A stretch of DNA of 64,000 nt from Macrostomum hystrix (Eukaryota > Animalia > Platyhelminthes): positions 2,480,001-2,544,000 of the forward strand of contig CATNEN010000025.1 in the NCBI GenBank assembly GCA_950097015.1. Direction: 5' to 3'. The position numbers were made by a program, and so were the translations under genes. Under the pieces are notes generated by a model that saw only the letters and a list, made by a program, of their open reading frames with translations, did no database searches and was not told where the DNA came from. This document shows positions 61,435 to 64,000 of the stretch, in pieces. Positions within the stretch are counted from its first letter, which is position 1. Each line of letters starts with the position of its first letter.

Positions 61435-63250
61435 TGACGAGGGATAGGGCAATGACCTGCTCATTGACGAGAGGAGGGATAGGGTAATGACCTGCTCATT
61501 GGTTAGAGAAGGATAGGGTAATGACCTGCTCATTGATTAGAGGAGGGATAGGGCAATGACCTGCTCATTGGTTAGAGAAGGGATAGGGTAATGACCTGCT
61601 CATTGACGAGAGGAGGGATAGGGTAATGACCTGCTCATTGGTTAGAGAAGGATAGGGTAATGACCTGCTCATTGATTAGAGGAGGGATAGGGTAATGACC
61701 TGCTCATTGGTTAGAGAAGGGATAGGGCAATGACCTGCTCATTGACGAGAGGAGGGATAGGGCAATGACCTGCTCATTGACGAGAGGAGGGATAGGGTAA
61801 TGACCTGCTCATTGACGAGAGGAGGGATAGGGTAATGACCTGCTCATTGGTTAGAGAAGGATAGGGTAATGACCTGCTCATTGATTAGAGGAGGGATAGG
61901 GCAATGACCTGCTCATTGGTTAGAGAAGGGATAGGGTAATGACCTGCTCATTGATTAGAGGAGGGATAGGGTAATGACCTGCTCATTGGTTAGAGAAGGG
62001 ATAGGGCAATGACCTGCTCATTGACGAGAGGAGGGATAGGGCAATGACCTGCTCATTGGTTAGAGAAGGGATAGGGTAATGACCTGCTCATTGATTAGAG
62101 GAGGGATAGGGTAATGACCTGCTCATTGGTTAGAGAAGGGATAGGGCAATGACCTGCTCATTGACGAGAGGAGGGATAGGGCAATGACCTGCTCATTGAC
62201 GAGAGGAGGGATAGGGCAATGACCTGCTCATTGACGAGAGGAGGGATAGGGTAATGACCTGCTCATTGACGAGAGGAGGGATAGGGCAATGACCTGCTCA
62301 TTGACGAGAGGAGGGATAGGGCAATGACCTGCTCATTGACGAGAGGAGGGATAGGGTAATGACCTGCTCATTGATTAGAGGAGGGATAGGGTAATGACCT
62401 GCTCATTGGTTAGAGAAGGGGTAGGGCAATGACCTGCTCATTGACGAGAGGAGGGATAGGGAGGGATTGGGTTAGTTGACCTGCTCATTGACGAGAGGAG
62501 GGATAGGGCAATGACCTGCTCATTGACGAGAGGAGGGATAGGGCAATGACCTGCTCATTGACGAGAGGAGGGATAGGGTAATGACCTGCTCATTGATTAG
62601 AGGAGGGATAGGGCAATGACCTGCTCATTGGTTAGAGAAGGGATAGGGCAATGACCTGCTCATTGGTTAGAGAAGGGATAGGGCAATGACCTGCTCATTG
62701 ACGAGAGGAGGGATAGGGCAATGACCTGCTCATTGACGAGAGGAGGGATAGGGCAATGACCTGCTCATTGACGAGAGGAGGGATAGGGCAATGACCTGCT
62801 CATTGACGAGAGGAGGGATAGGGCAATGACCTGCTCATTGACGAGAGGAGGGATAGGGTAATGACCTGCTCATTGATTAGAGGAGGGATAGGGCAATGAC
62901 CTGCTCATTGGTTAGAGAAGGGATAGGGCAATGACCTGCTCATTGACGAGAGGAGGGATAGGGCAATGACCTGCTCATTGACGAGAGGAGGGATAGGGCA
63001 ATGACCTGCTCATTGACGAGAGGAGGGATAGGGCAATGACCTGCTCATTGATTAGAGGAGGGATAGGGCAATGACCTGCTCATTGATGAGAGGAGGGATA
63101 GGGCAATGACCTGCTCATTGGTTAGATGAGGAATAGGGCAATATCCTGCTTATTGATTAAAGGGGATAGACAAATGACTTGATTTGTGATGGGGCAATGT
63201 AGAGGTTTGGGGTAATGACCTGGTCATTGATGAGAGGAGGGGTGGTGTAA
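61435..63250. repeat. 35-bp minisatellite (GGGATAGGGCAATGACCTGCTCATTGACGAGAGGA) with CAATGA/TCATTG hairpin
   Basis: About 50 units with three alternating variants. Confidence 0.96.
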
Positions 63251-63331
63251 TGACCGATTTAATGAGCAGTGGACGGGTAAAGAGTGCTTAAGATAAGGAT
63301 TTGAGTATGAGAACTGGCGAAATGTGTGCCA

Positions 63332-64000
63332 TCAGGTCTTCTTCTGCTGCTTGTCCTTCCTGCAGTCAGGGCAGTACCATTTTCCTCGCGGCTCGGATGT
63401 CAGCTTGACGCATTTGAAGTGAAACCATTCGATGGCGCATCGGTCATTGTCGCAGGCGATCATGTCGCCGAAGGAGCCCTTATTGCAGATGCAGTAGCGG
63501 AGGGTCTCATCGTTGGCCGAACCGGAGCTGTGATTCTTCTGCTGTTGCTGTTGAGTCTTGGCCGACTTCTGCGACTGCGACGCCTGCTGCCGTTGCTGCT
63601 TCCTTGAAGCGCCGGCGGGCGTCTGCTGCTGCTGCTGCTGCTGACGCAGTTTTCTTCGCTTTGGAGACAATAGTCCACCAGTCGAAGCTGCGGCAGCGGC
63701 AGCGGCAGCGTCCCGACTGCTCGAGCTGGCATTGGAGGAAGCGGGCTCGTCCTTGTCGGAGGCTACAGTGGATTGTCTCCTCTCTCCGCCAGCCGAAGCC
63801 CGATGATGTCGATGACGCTGACGATGCTGGTGCTGCTGCTGCTGTTGCTCTGTTGAAGAGGCCGGGCTGCCAGTCGATGACGCGGCGGCTGCAGCGGCGG
63901 CGGCGGCAGCAGATGCCGCTTCGATTCGAGACAGGAGGTTTCGCCTACCGGCATCCAGTTGCATCCGGCGGCCGTCGATGAGGTCCTGGATGAGGCCGGC
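63332..64000 (-). CDS. ING: ING-family (inhibitor of growth, ING1/2-like) PHD finger protein, 3' part; runs off the window end
   Basis: The frame is open from 64000: [16 protein letters not shown] (end of ING N-terminal helical domain), PKRRK NLS, and PHD finger [45 protein letters not shown]. Confidence 0.92.
   Translation of the reverse strand, partial: AGLIQDLIDGRRMQLDAGRRNLLSRIEAASAAAAAAAAAASSTGSPASSTEQQQQQHQHRQRHRHHRASAGGERRQSTVASDKDEPASSNASSSSRDAAAAAAAASTGGLLSPKRRKLRQQQQQQQTPAGASRKQQRQQASQSQKSAKTQQQQQKNHSSGSANDETLRYCICNKGSFGDMIACDNDRCAIEWFHFKCVKLTSEPRGKWYCPDCRKDKQQKKT

Overview
This is eukaryotic (animal) genomic DNA: GC-rich exons sit in AT-rich spacers, and roughly 40-45% of the window is about 30 different minisatellite arrays. 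That architecture is suggestive of a flatworm such as Macrostomum (inference only). Seven protein genes were reconstructed by hand: a 9-exon TMEM145 (-), an intronless orphan rhodopsin-class GPCR (+), Six3/6 (-, 2 exons), a heparan sulfate 3-O-sulfotransferase (+, 2 exons), a 3-exon globin whose exon 2 lacks the proximal His and its splice donor (-), an aquaglyceroporin with an unusual ar/R filter (-, 2 exons) and the 3' part of an ING PHD-finger gene (-). There are two tRNA-derived SINE families, one with a CORE-like domain, and a hAT MITE with an 8-bp TSD that carries a minisatellite. The best candidate for a new system is a pair of intact minimal type I hammerhead ribozymes exactly 300 bp apart at 42.4-42.8 kb (- strand), each followed by a Pol III B-box and embedded in a polypyrimidine minisatellite, i.e. 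a retrozyme-like unit. A decayed hammerhead lies inside a separate 1-kb insert flanked by 15-bp direct repeats at 20.3-21.3 kb. Most long ORFs in the supplied track are translations of tandem repeats, not genes.
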